From: Planctomycetota bacterium
GTDB lineage: Bacteria > Planctomycetota > PLA2 > JAEUHO01
NCBI GenBank assembly: GCA_965222115.1
Contig: CBDCTJ010000001.1
Location: 256,001 to 320,000 of the forward strand
Direction of reading: 5' to 3'
Length of the DNA: 64,000 bases
Part shown: positions 10,101-19,010 of the stretch, piece after piece
How the letters are laid out: each line of letters starts with the position of its first letter
Position numbering within the stretch: the stretch's first letter is position 1
Translations under genes and position numbers: made by a program
Notes under the pieces: model-generated
Databases searched by the model: none
What the model saw: the letters and a program-made list of their open reading frames with translations, nothing else
Told to the model about the DNA's origin: nothing

Positions 10101-13100
10101 CTCAAGCCAAGCGGTAACGACGTATGAATACGACGGCGAGGGCAAGGTCACCAAAATTCAAAGCCCGACGGGCGACGAGACGAAGATCGAGTACGACGAG
10201 CGGGCGTTGCTCTTCAAGCTCACGCGCGGTTATGGCGCGACCGAGGCATCGACGATTCAAGTGGATTACGATGCCAACGGCAATCGCAGCAAGACGATTA
10301 ATGGAGAAGGCGACGCGACGAATTTCACGTACGATCTCTTTGACCGTGCGACGAAACGGACAAACGCGCTGAGTCATTATGTTTCTTGGACCTATGATAA
10401 GAACGGAAACGTCCTAACGGCTGCGGCCTACAATGCCTCGAACGTGCTTCAGGCCAAGACGACGAACCACTTTGATGAGGTGAATCGGCTCTGGAAGCGC
10501 GTCAAGGATCGTTTCGGATCTGGGCTCACGCCGAGCTACCCGACGGTCACTATCCAGCACGACAAAACGGGCCGCGTCACGGAGATCAAAGATCCGCTCA
10601 ACAATAAGACGACCTATCTCTATGACAATGCGGGGCGCCAGATTAAGGTCCAAGACGCCGTTGGAAATGAAACCGAGTGGATCCTCGATGCGCGCGGGCT
10701 CGCCACCAAGATCAAGCGCAAGGACATTCCTACGGCAGGTGGATCCGAGACTTTTGAAACCGAGTTTGTCTATGATGCTCTGGGCCGTCTCACGTCCAGG
10801 CGCGAGATCGACCGGCTCAACGCTTCGAACATTTTGACAACGAGTTTTTCGTATGACAGTCGCGGAAATTTGACCTTCCGCGTTGATGCCGAGGGGAGTC
10901 CTGTTCGCTGGGGTTACGACCTTGCGAACCGCCAAACAAGTTATGAGCGTGCGCTTGCCATTGGTACGTCGATTGACGATTTCACCAATAGCATTCTCGA
11001 GACGGCGAGCTTCGATGCGTCAGGCCGCATGACGTCAGTCACGGACGACAATCTAAACACGACGTCCTATTCTTATGACGCCCTTTCGCGCGTATTCAAG
11101 ACGACCTTTGCCGACGCGAAGTTCGTGACCCGAACTTTCGATAAGAACGATCGCGTCAAGACCTTGACGGATCAGAACGGCACGGTGGTTACCAATACTT
11201 ATGATGTGCTCAGTCGCTTGACCTCGCGCGCAGTCAATCGCGCCACCGGTGTCTTGGGAACGACGTCAGAGACCTATTCTTACGATGCGCTAAACCGCAT
11301 GCTCACCGCAAAAGACAATGACTATGAGGTGCAGTTCACGTATGACAGCGTGGGTAACGAGTTGAAGGAAACGCAGGGCTACACGGTGACAGGCCAAGAG
11401 AAGTGGCGCACCGTCACTTCGACGTATACCGACGCGGGCTCTCGCAGCGCGATTCAGTATCCCAGTGCCTTCAGTGTGCTTCACCAGCGTGACGCGATCT
11501 ACCGCATGACGGCGATGGTGGATTCCGCAGCCTCCACGAACATCGCAAGCTTCACATTCCAGGGCGCCGACCGCCTAGCCAAGACGACCAACCAGAACGC
11601 GACCACGACGGATCACGGATACGATGGCTTTGCGCGTCTCTCGCAGCTCGACCACAAGAACGGATCGAGCCAGAGCTTCCACACATTCGACTATTTGTAT
11701 GACAAAGTCCACAACCGTCGGATGGAGAAGAACTCGTTCAACTCTACTTGGATCAACTCGTTGCCGACCGGGATCCAGCCATTTCTGAACGCTCGAAACG
11801 GCAAGGGCGATGTCTATGCCTACGATATGGCCTACCGCATGGTGGACACGCGTTACGATGTGACCAATCCCGCAACGGAAGTGGCGACGCCGGGTTCGCA
11901 GACCTACGTTACCAAGCAGGTCTACACGCTCGATGGCTTGGGCAATCGGAGCCAGACGCAGCAGACTCCATGGGGCGGCTCGGCCACGACGGTTAGTTAC
12001 TCGTTCAACGCCATGAATGAGTACACGGCGATCGGCGGCACCTCGCGCACGCACGATAGCAATGGCAATCTAACCGACGACGGCACGCAGACGTACCACT
12101 ACGATTATAAGAATCGTTTGGTCGAGGTGAGGGTCAGTGGATCGAGCACAGTTATTGCCAAGTACAAATACGACGCACTTGGCCGGCGGGTTGAAAAGCA
12201 CGTCGTCTCCGGCGCGGTCACGACGCGCTACATTCTCGATGGCCAGGACATCGTCGAGGAGTTTGACGGCAACAATACCTGGCTTGCGCGTTACTTTCAC
12301 GAGGACCGCATTGACCATCCGCGGGCGATGGATCGCGCAGACATCTCGGATGTGGATGGCGACAGCAATACGTCGGAGATTCTTCGGTTCACGTATCACC
12401 AGAATGCGCTTGGAAACGTGAGCGAGATTTCCGCGCCCAGTGGCGGCGTGGTTGAGTGGGTGACGTACGACGTCTATGGAAAGGCGACCGTTCGGAACTC
12501 GGCGGGGACGACGCAGGGGTCGAGTTACGTGGGAAATCCGTTCCTGTTCACGGGGCGAGAATTCGACGCCGAGTCAGGAATGTACCACTATCGCGCCAGG
12601 GCGTATGACCCCGAGGCAGGAAGGTTCTTGCAGGTAGATCCGTTGGGGTATGTGGATGGACTCTCATTCTATCAGTACGCAGGCAGCAACCCTGCATCTC
12701 GAGTAGATCCACGTGGTACTTGGTCCTTCGCAGGTCCGATGTTAGCAGCCGCGTTAGAGAAGTATGCAAAGGAGAATGGTTGGGACGGAGAAGACCCTGA
12801 AGAGATTTGGGATTACTGGGATGACTTCGTAACCGATTCACGAGTTGCTTGTTGGTTAAGAGGCGCTGAGCGGCGGATCAAGAAAAAGTCACAGAAACAT
12901 AAAATCTATGAAAAGGAAGGAGGGTACGAAGAGGCAAAGAGTGACTTTGATGAGCTCACAGGTGGGAAGTCCGAAGATCGAGGCGAAACACCGAAAACTG
13001 GTGAGATGCGGTCGGGAGAATTGCCGAACGGTACTCCCGTGACGATACGCGAAAAGAGCAAGGAGGGGCCTCCATCGGTAGAGATTCATCCAAAGAAGGG

Positions 13101-13149
13101 TAAGGGCACAAAAGTTCGCTACAAGAACGTGGAGCAGGACTCAAAGTGA
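7144..13149 (+). CDS. RHS/YD-repeat polymorphic toxin (about 2000 aa)
   Basis: N-terminal TM/signal, beta-rich domain, DUF6531-like 'VQLSTGE...IPGRGMDLDLTLTYRS', many YD repeats, RHS core 'FTGREFDAESGMYHYRARAYDPEAGRFLQVDP', DPRG cleavage motif, then a variable tip. Confidence 0.95.
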   Translation: MASKNRNSRKRSKKDSRPVTPRPWVHTPLGLVAVGLATYALAFLVLTGGRRILAEAAPPSPIVITDFGMKDTSTTGNPKESYNLAGQAGGIYQVDNTNRHAVSFTSLKPAHSNNAVEQIDLDETTGDIIYGANNGEIVRVDMTTNTSTTVGTISGADFKVAAADNNSASTDAWAIDANSNQLYMINNAGPTVASGASFAKGPTELAGPKPGNNNVVALGDGSAEIYRLDVTLLVDYDDTFAGANVEPTGLAVADADYCYVSINDGSTAKVLQVDLRASTFGFVTSVMGTYSNVSAVDISVAGPWVTVLMSDSANNETTARVFDVGVPSSPLYVGSVDLSLGHQAHGGLTTQLDGGGTLDDLEFMWANLTQDMSVTTGRDVEGEWTFGSASSVPPGGVFPTITAAASGAYGMEALTCVWPCPPFGPDSQGPVAGPTPPAHTASTPHSVQLSTGEEVLIHRLVSIPGRGMDLDLTLTYRSRRDFSGRYGNSWFLNQDVRMKTETNGDMTYQSPYGRVDTYVKSGSTFIPPTHYDTTLAPSGSNHTVTDRLGRVSTFNANGQRISLADRYGNTHTYTYTGDKLTQITDSLNRNISLNYDAMGRLSSVVDFGGRTWTFSYNYMGDLRTITSPVSAQFSSGRTVRYSYSANHAQTRFKSNLIHVENAKGEVVQTLEYDENDMVVKEALGPGEYTISYDVPNKRTTVVDRAGNTTRWTFGSFAVPTEKKVYTKGLRTGEPTDFTTTYTVNATTGMTTAVVYPRGNRTDYTYDSSLNLTEVRHRTTDTSTNSGTDLVTSYQYTGQYNQVSQVTDPKGNVTTMTVDSSGNTTAVSRPTVTQPTNQSIAETYAYDSYGRITSATDAESRVTNFVYYTTGSQNGYLHKVIRDPGGLAITTTFQYDQYGNVTSVTGPNGATTTITVDAENFVTQIQAPTPLNYKRKFTYDANRNLTLLETENRDKNGTLDATTPWIETSYTYNEMGWRLTATQDLTSSSQAVTTYEYDGEGKVTKIQSPTGDETKIEYDERALLFKLTRGYGATEASTIQVDYDANGNRSKTINGEGDATNFTYDLFDRATKRTNALSHYVSWTYDKNGNVLTAAAYNASNVLQAKTTNHFDEVNRLWKRVKDRFGSGLTPSYPTVTIQHDKTGRVTEIKDPLNNKTTYLYDNAGRQIKVQDAVGNETEWILDARGLATKIKRKDIPTAGGSETFETEFVYDALGRLTSRREIDRLNASNILTTSFSYDSRGNLTFRVDAEGSPVRWGYDLANRQTSYERALAIGTSIDDFTNSILETASFDASGRMTSVTDDNLNTTSYSYDALSRVFKTTFADAKFVTRTFDKNDRVKTLTDQNGTVVTNTYDVLSRLTSRAVNRATGVLGTTSETYSYDALNRMLTAKDNDYEVQFTYDSVGNELKETQGYTVTGQEKWRTVTSTYTDAGSRSAIQYPSAFSVLHQRDAIYRMTAMVDSAASTNIASFTFQGADRLAKTTNQNATTTDHGYDGFARLSQLDHKNGSSQSFHTFDYLYDKVHNRRMEKNSFNSTWINSLPTGIQPFLNARNGKGDVYAYDMAYRMVDTRYDVTNPATEVATPGSQTYVTKQVYTLDGLGNRSQTQQTPWGGSATTVSYSFNAMNEYTAIGGTSRTHDSNGNLTDDGTQTYHYDYKNRLVEVRVSGSSTVIAKYKYDALGRRVEKHVVSGAVTTRYILDGQDIVEEFDGNNTWLARYFHEDRIDHPRAMDRADISDVDGDSNTSEILRFTYHQNALGNVSEISAPSGGVVEWVTYDVYGKATVRNSAGTTQGSSYVGNPFLFTGREFDAESGMYHYRARAYDPEAGRFLQVDPLGYVDGLSFYQYAGSNPASRVDPRGTWSFAGPMLAAALEKYAKENGWDGEDPEEIWDYWDDFVTDSRVACWLRGAERRIKKKSQKHKIYEKEGGYEEAKSDFDELTGGKSEDRGETPKTGEMRSGELPNGTPVTIREKSKEGPPSVEIHPKKGKGTKVRYKNVEQDSK

Positions 13150-13691
13150 ATGCCAATGATGAGTTAGAACAGAAGAACGCTGTTGACGTCAAACAATGGC
13201 GAGAAATGGCAATGGGTGATAGCGAGTTTTATCGTCCAGAGTTCCTGTATACGGTGCGGTGGGGCGCTGTTCCAGTTGAGTCCGCGTGGCACTTCGACGA
13301 GAACGATGTTCGATTGATTTCTTCGGCGGCAATGGTGTTAGGAGAGCGGTCTATGTATGCGGCTCCATTAGAACCGTACAAAGGTATCCCCGAACGTAGA
13401 GTATTTTCGACTACCCCAAATGGATTGAGCAAATTTCAGGAAGAATATGGGCCATACGATTTCCTGCTTCTTGGCGAAGATAGGAGTTTTTCGGTGATAT
13501 GTACAAGCGATTACTATTTCGTACTTGCTGGCCCTCGCGAATTTCTTGAGCGTGCGGCGGGCTTGAGCACGACGGCTGCAATAGAAAAGTTCCAAGCAGA
13601 CAGTCAAGTAGATGGCCGCACTGAGCGAGAAAAAGAGCTTGGTCGGAAATTGGTGAAGTGGTGCAATGGCGCCGTGGCCAACATGATGTAG
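13146..13691 (+). CDS. Putative cognate immunity protein
   Basis: GTGA start/stop overlap with the RHS gene; 181 aa, acidic; DNA visibly lower in GC, like the toxin tip. Confidence 0.7.
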   Translation: MNANDELEQKNAVDVKQWREMAMGDSEFYRPEFLYTVRWGAVPVESAWHFDENDVRLISSAAMVLGERSMYAAPLEPYKGIPERRVFSTTPNGLSKFQEEYGPYDFLLLGEDRSFSVICTSDYYFVLAGPREFLERAAGLSTTAAIEKFQADSQVDGRTEREKELGRKLVKWCNGAVANMM

Positions 13692-14175
13692 CAGTGTGCG
13701 TTCTTTGGAAGTGTCATAAATTTTGTGTACGGAGCGTCGTTCGATCCCCACCGGATAGGACGTGTTCAGAATGCCGTGCCGCGTTTTCTTCCACCAACTT
13801 CGTGACTTTCGACTTGCGCGTCCGAGTACGTTCCGCATAATTCACCGGTGCGACTCGGCCAAAGAATGACGGTCGTGGAGACGAAGAGCAGTTTCGGGGC
13901 CCAACCACTACTTTGATATCTTCAAGAGAGTCGAGTACATCGCCTTGTCACGGCAAACTAAAGAAATGCGCCAGTCGCCCACTACCGCACCGTCTGCGTC
14001 GACTGATATGGACGGCTTGCATTCCCGCAGCAGTTCCCGCGATCATCATGTCTATTGAATTCGTAAGCAACAATCAGCGCGCGTTGCCAAAGCCATTTAC
14101 ATGGATTCGACCTCACGTAGAAGCGCCAGCGTTGGTAACAGAGCCAATCGACAATACGTCGCTGTATCTCATTGA

Positions 14176-14615
14176 ACGGATGCACCCGTATTCAGCGCGA
14201 GCGGCTACACCAAGAAACCAGCAAGTATCTGCGCCGACCATCCCACTCCTACGCGCCTTCGCCGTCTCCATGTGGATACACGGCGCATCCGGAACACCGT
14301 GCCTCTTCGCTGCAAAGATCCAGCCCACGACATCGCCTACTGCATTGGCACCGACAACCCTGATCGAGACGTGAAGTTGGTACGAGTGGATGTGGACGAC
14401 AAACTTGCGCAGTTTACTGTTAGTCGCGGCGATGAGCAGCACACGTTCAGGTTCGATCGAAGCCGTGAGTTTAACAGCAGCGTGATTCGATTCCATCCGC
14501 CAGGATCACGCCAAAGCGGCGACATCAATCACGCCCAAGCAGTCGCAAGCTCCAAGCACCCCGACCTCAAAGCCGTTCCTTACTTCAATAACCGCGGCAA
14601 GTGCATTGGCATGCA
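14176..14615 (+). pseudogene. Gene fragment cut at the IS66 left end
   Basis: Protein-like open frame (...IAYCIG...VKLVRVDV...LKAVPYFNNRGKCIGMQ) that runs directly into the IS end at 14616; no convincing start. Confidence 0.3.
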
Positions 14616-14684
14616 GTACGCGTCCCATCAACCCATGTTGTGCGGGCTGGTTTGATTTGAGAACCTCTTGGCGGAGGTTCAAAC

Positions 14685-15013
14685 ATGAAGAACAAGCTTG
14701 GACAGAAGATTCGATTACTGCGTGGCGAGGAGCGCCGTGCGGTGCTTGAAGAACTCATGGAGCGGTTTCGGAGCTCGGGCAAGACAGCCACGGCGTTTAG
14801 CCAAGAGATAGGAACGACCGCTACGTCATTCGGTCGATGGCGAGCTGAGGTTCGTAACTCGTCGAGTTAGAGTCTGCTCCGACATTCGTGGAGCTCGGTA
14901 AGGAGAGCGCCGGGAACTTCGAAGTGGTGCTCGCCTCAGGCATTCGGGTGGCGGTGCCGAGCGGATTTCGAGCCGACGAGCTCCGTCGCATCCTTCAAGT
15001 TCTCGCCTCCTGA
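14685..15013 (+). pseudogene. tnpA: IS66 accessory protein TnpA, frameshifted
   Basis: HTH part 'ERFRSSGKTATAFSQEIG...FGRWR' stops at 14870; another frame continues 'PTFVELG...FEVVLASGIRVAVPSGFRADELRRILQVLAS*'. Confidence 0.75.
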
Positions 15014-15096
15014 TGCTCAGTTTCCCCGCCTCGATTCGGATCTTTGTTGCCGTCGGTGTGACCGATATGCGCAAGAGTTTTGATGGGTTAGCTCAG
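15013..15096 (+). pseudogene. tnpB: IS66 accessory protein TnpB, N-terminal fragment
   Basis: MLSFPASIRIFVAVGVTDMRKSFDGLAQ carries the IS66 TnpB 'DMRKxFDGL' signature; similarity is lost after this. Confidence 0.85.
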
Positions 15097-15210
15097 CGGG
15101 ACCGATTTATCGTCTCGCGCGCTGCGATGCTGCCATCCGTAGAGGTTCGCCGGCGGCGAAATCGTGGTTAAAGTCCTTGCCCCGCGACAACGCGGCCCTC
15201 GGAGTTCCCT

Positions 15211-15519
15211 ATGAAAACGTTCGGCCTCAACTACGACGTAAAGCCCGATCGCATTGACGATTTTAAGGACTACGCACTCGGCGTACTCGCCGCGATGGAC
15301 GGCTTTGAAGGACACGAAGAGACGCGCCTATACATCGACGCGCAGAAGCCGCACTCGATGATGATTTATTCACGCTGGGATACGGTCGAGAACTTTGGAA
15401 AGTTCATGCGCTCGGCTGAGTTCAAAGGCGTGAAGGGCGACACGCGCGACATGCTTATGGGCCGCCCGTCTCACAAAGTGTATGAACAAACAAATGATTT
15501 GGATCGCATGCGCGGCTAG
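15211..15519 (+). CDS. Antibiotic-biosynthesis-monooxygenase (ABM) domain protein
   Basis: 102 aa; 'YDVKPDRIDDF...GFEGH...MIYSRWDTVENF...RPSHKVYE'. Confidence 0.85.
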   Translation: MKTFGLNYDVKPDRIDDFKDYALGVLAAMDGFEGHEETRLYIDAQKPHSMMIYSRWDTVENFGKFMRSAEFKGVKGDTRDMLMGRPSHKVYEQTNDLDRMRG

Positions 15520-15567
15520 CAACACGCGACGACCGCATGTGTCCCCACACAAGAATTGACACGTGCC

Positions 15568-16458
15568 ATGATCACTACTCGGCGACTTGATGAATCCGAT
15601 CGCGACGCGCTTGTCGGGTTTTTACAATCCGCACCTGACGAAACGATGTTTCTGCAGGGAAACTTCGAACATTCGGGGTTTGTGGACGAACCACGACGGT
15701 ACTGCGCGTTGTATGTGGGCGGATTCGATGCAACCGGCACACTCTGTGGTGTGGCTGCAGCCTGCTGGAATAAGAATTACATCGTCTATGCCCCCACCGG
15801 TGCGGCTGAAATCGTAGACGCCGCGTGGCGTATCCGTGGGGATGTGATGGCGATGGTGCTGGGCCCCCACGCCCAAATCCAAGCAGTGCTGAAGGGACTC
15901 GGACTGACGGATGTGCCAACCGCCATTCGAGGCCGCGAAGTGCTCTATTCCCTTGAGCTCGATCGGCTTCGGGTACCGAACGCGTTGTCCGAGTGTCGCG
16001 TAACCTCGCGGATGGCGACCACGGAAGACCTGGACGTCGTTGCACCCTGGTTTGAAGGCTACGCGCGGGAAGCGCTAGGCATTCAAGGCGAGGGCGCCGA
16101 CTGGTCCGCAGGTGTGCGGGAGCGCGCCAAGGGGCAAATCGAGCGAAACAACGTGTGGCTGTTGCTCGACGACGGGGTTCCGGTCTCAAAGACCGAGTTC
16201 AATACGCGCACAAGCACATGCGTGCAGGTTGGTGGGGTTTGGACGCCGCCGGAGCTCAGAAGTCGGGGTTATGCAGCCGCTGTCGTAGCCGCAAGCCTGC
16301 TAGATATGCAGCGCGAAGGCAAAACGCGCAGCGTGCTATTCACGCCCGAAGAGAACGCGCCGGCACGTCGGTGCTACGAGGGTCTGGGATACGAAGAGGC
16401 GGGCGACTATTGCGTACACGGTTTCGCCGAGCCGGTGAGCCGCAACAGGGGGTCGTAG
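15568..16458 (+). CDS. GNAT family N-acetyltransferase
   Basis: 'QVGGVWTPPELRSRGYA' motif A and 'ENAPARRCYEGLGY' motif B. Confidence 0.9.
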   Translation: MITTRRLDESDRDALVGFLQSAPDETMFLQGNFEHSGFVDEPRRYCALYVGGFDATGTLCGVAAACWNKNYIVYAPTGAAEIVDAAWRIRGDVMAMVLGPHAQIQAVLKGLGLTDVPTAIRGREVLYSLELDRLRVPNALSECRVTSRMATTEDLDVVAPWFEGYAREALGIQGEGADWSAGVRERAKGQIERNNVWLLLDDGVPVSKTEFNTRTSTCVQVGGVWTPPELRSRGYAAAVVAASLLDMQREGKTRSVLFTPEENAPARRCYEGLGYEEAGDYCVHGFAEPVSRNRGS

Positions 16459-16529
16459 GCCGCCTCCTACGAGGTGTTTTGCGTTTCTATGACCCGGGGT
16501 TGGGGGGTGGCCCCCGCTACGATTTCGAC

Positions 16530-18971
16530 ATGTCCAAATCCTCGCACTCATCGGGTTCCCAACCCCCCATGCGTCTAGGCCTTGCCATGCTCCCTCCCCT
16601 GGCCATCGCTGCGTTGCTGATCGTGCAGATCATGAACGGCTTTCAGGGATTCGATCGCGAGGCGATGGGCACCGGCGCCACGTTCCTGGGATTGCCTGGC
16701 TACGTCTTGGGATGGGGAAGCGTTGCGCTGCTCATCCCCTTTCTGGTGTGGACCTATCTTGAGTGGCGTGGCCGCCAACCGTCGGGTCTGTTCTTGACGA
16801 TTCTTGGCGCATGCACATTGGGGATTGCGGTAGCGGGGCTCTCCGCCGTGTTTGGCGACGCGGCGGCCGGTGGACAAGTCGGCGAAGAACTCGCGAATAT
16901 GCTGGAAAACCGACTGACAACCGTTCCCGCATTTCTAGTGTTGTTACTCATGGCACTACCAGCCGTTGTCTTGGCAACAACGCCACTTCATGCGCCGCGT
17001 CCCACGTCCACACAAACATCACCATCCACGTTCGCCGTGGCAACCCATGAGCCGTTGCCTGGCGCCGCGCCGCGCGCACTTCGTTCGTCATCATCTTCCA
17101 CGTCTTCCAAGTCTGTTGTTGCACGCATTCGCAACGCTTTTCGTAGGAACAAATCATCGGGCGGCAATGACGGCATCGACGCAACGAGCCGCGACCAAGG
17201 ACGACACCATCCCGATCCCGACATTCGCTACGTGGATGAAGATCGCGCGCCGCATGACGCCAAGCCCGTAGACGCCAGTCTCGGGGGTGCCCATCACGAT
17301 GAAGCCCAATTCGAGGAAACACGACGAGAGGCGACGGAAACGCCTCAAGACTTCCCACGAGTGCCTTCATCTCCGGCATCGCAAACGCCCATGTACGACG
17401 CCGACGAGCCCATTGAAGTCGTTGTAGACGGAAACGCGTTCGATGAACCGGAATACGTTGTACCGCCCAAGGATGGTGTGCGCGTGGTGGAACGCGCCTC
17501 CACGTCAGCATCCGCGGCGAATGATCCGCACGAGTCCTTGCCCACGCTTTCCGACGTCATGCGCGGGGATTCTACGCCGGTCCACATCAGCAGTTCGCCA
17601 CGCGGCCACGACACACACACGTTGGAGCCCTGGGCGCGCATTGAAACCGACGACGACGATGCGCCGATTCATGTGGGTGCCGACGGTAAACCGGTCAAAG
17701 TCACACCGGCCGAGTTGCACCCCGGAACCGTGTTTCCTGCATCGGATTCACGTTCGCCCTACCTCCGGTCTGCACAGTCGCCGGAAATCGCCCACACCAC
17801 GACGCAAGAAGACATCTCCGTAGCGGTGCGCGCACACAGCGAGTCGCACCCCACGGCCGAGCGTCAAGGACGTATCGAAGCGCGCGAGCTCGTCGAACGC
17901 GAGGCAGCACGAGTGGGGTCGCAACTCGTGCACTCACAGTTGGAAGCCGCCGCCGAAGGTCGCGATGCAGGCAGTATCGATACAGACAAGAGCGACGACC
18001 CCCATGGCGCCCTCAGCGTCAAGTCAGCGGCGATTCCGCAGCGGCTGGGCGTAGGCCGCAATCGAAGGGGCACCGCGGCGTCCACGTCGGGCGAACTCCC
18101 CGGTCGCGCAGCGATTCTCGATGCGTTGCGCGGTTTACCCACGCTGCGCGCTGCGGAACGACAGGGCGCCGGTCCGCAGTCGTCTAGTTCGCAAACCGGA
18201 AGTGTGCGCGCATCGGTGCGGGAATCGCTCGATCAAGTGAGTGCGCGATCGCGGTACAAGGCCAAGCTTGAAGCTAGCGGCATCTTTGATGCGTCAAGCG
18301 ACGCAAAGACAAATCGAGCGCCCGCGACGAATCGCCGGCAAACGACTGAGATCGATGTGAAGCCTTCGACCGATGTCGCGCCGAGTCGGTCAACGAAGAG
18401 CAAGCGTGGCGGGAAGAAGACTACGTCTTCCACGAGCAAACGATCCAGCAGCAAAGCCGCTTCGACAGGGAACACGTCAACGAAGAAGCGTACCGCAAGC
18501 AAGAAGGCCGCAAGCAAACGCACGTCAACGCGCAAGGCATCCGGTACTTCCACTCGTTCGCGTTCGAAGGCAGTATCTTCGAAGGCAGCATCAACAAAGA
18601 CAACCGCCAAGCAAAGTACGAAGAAGTCGAGCGCGGCCGCATCGTCCCGAAAGACGTCTTCAAGAAAGTCACCACGAAACGTCGGCAAGCCGGCCGCACG
18701 GACCAAGAGCAAGAAGGCCTCCAAGTACAGCCAACTTGAGCAACACATACTCGACAAGGGCGGGCGCACATTGCGCGGCGCCGTGGACGTTGCCGTGAAC
18801 AAGGGGGCGGCCACACCCATTCTGCTCACACGACGCTTACAGATTCCCATTGATCGCGCCCAAGAACTTGTAGAAGAAATGGTCACGTTGGGTGTGTTGG
18901 GACCCGCGGGCACGCGCGGCAGTTTCCCCACCCTGTTGAGTGAGCGAGACTGGGCCTCGATTCGCGGATAA
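16530..18971 (+). CDS. FtsK-like membrane protein: 4 TM + low-complexity linker + gamma domain, no ATPase
   Basis: Four hydrophobic segments with 'GGQVGEELANMLENRL'; C-terminal 'AVDVAVNKGAATPILLTRRLQIPIDRAQELVEEMVTLGVLGP' is FtsK-gamma-like; no Walker A/B; sits upstream of rimO-pgsA. Confidence 0.75.
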   Translation: MSKSSHSSGSQPPMRLGLAMLPPLAIAALLIVQIMNGFQGFDREAMGTGATFLGLPGYVLGWGSVALLIPFLVWTYLEWRGRQPSGLFLTILGACTLGIAVAGLSAVFGDAAAGGQVGEELANMLENRLTTVPAFLVLLLMALPAVVLATTPLHAPRPTSTQTSPSTFAVATHEPLPGAAPRALRSSSSSTSSKSVVARIRNAFRRNKSSGGNDGIDATSRDQGRHHPDPDIRYVDEDRAPHDAKPVDASLGGAHHDEAQFEETRREATETPQDFPRVPSSPASQTPMYDADEPIEVVVDGNAFDEPEYVVPPKDGVRVVERASTSASAANDPHESLPTLSDVMRGDSTPVHISSSPRGHDTHTLEPWARIETDDDDAPIHVGADGKPVKVTPAELHPGTVFPASDSRSPYLRSAQSPEIAHTTTQEDISVAVRAHSESHPTAERQGRIEARELVEREAARVGSQLVHSQLEAAAEGRDAGSIDTDKSDDPHGALSVKSAAIPQRLGVGRNRRGTAASTSGELPGRAAILDALRGLPTLRAAERQGAGPQSSSSQTGSVRASVRESLDQVSARSRYKAKLEASGIFDASSDAKTNRAPATNRRQTTEIDVKPSTDVAPSRSTKSKRGGKKTTSSTSKRSSSKAASTGNTSTKKRTASKKAASKRTSTRKASGTSTRSRSKAVSSKAASTKTTAKQSTKKSSAAASSRKTSSRKSPRNVGKPAARTKSKKASKYSQLEQHILDKGGRTLRGAVDVAVNKGAATPILLTRRLQIPIDRAQELVEEMVTLGVLGPAGTRGSFPTLLSERDWASIRG

Positions 18972-19010
18972 GCGCGGCACCCACCTGTCTTTGAGGCTAT
19001 CGTGCCGACG

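Larger units (their letters stand above)
14616..15096 (+). mobile_element. IS66-family remnant (left end, tnpA, truncated tnpB; no tnpC or right end seen)
   Basis: GTACGCGTCCCATCAACCCATGTT resembles IS66 GTAAGCG-type left ends; followed by tnpA-like and tnpB-like frames coupled by TGATG. Confidence 0.8.

Noticed and set aside
13700-14175. Orphan toxin or immunity modules after the RHS locus
   Set aside because: Only short ORFs with no RHS core remnant or recognisable motif.
16155-16529. N-terminal extension of the 938-aa ORF
   Set aside because: Overlaps the GNAT gene; ATG 16530 has a -10 element at leaderless spacing.
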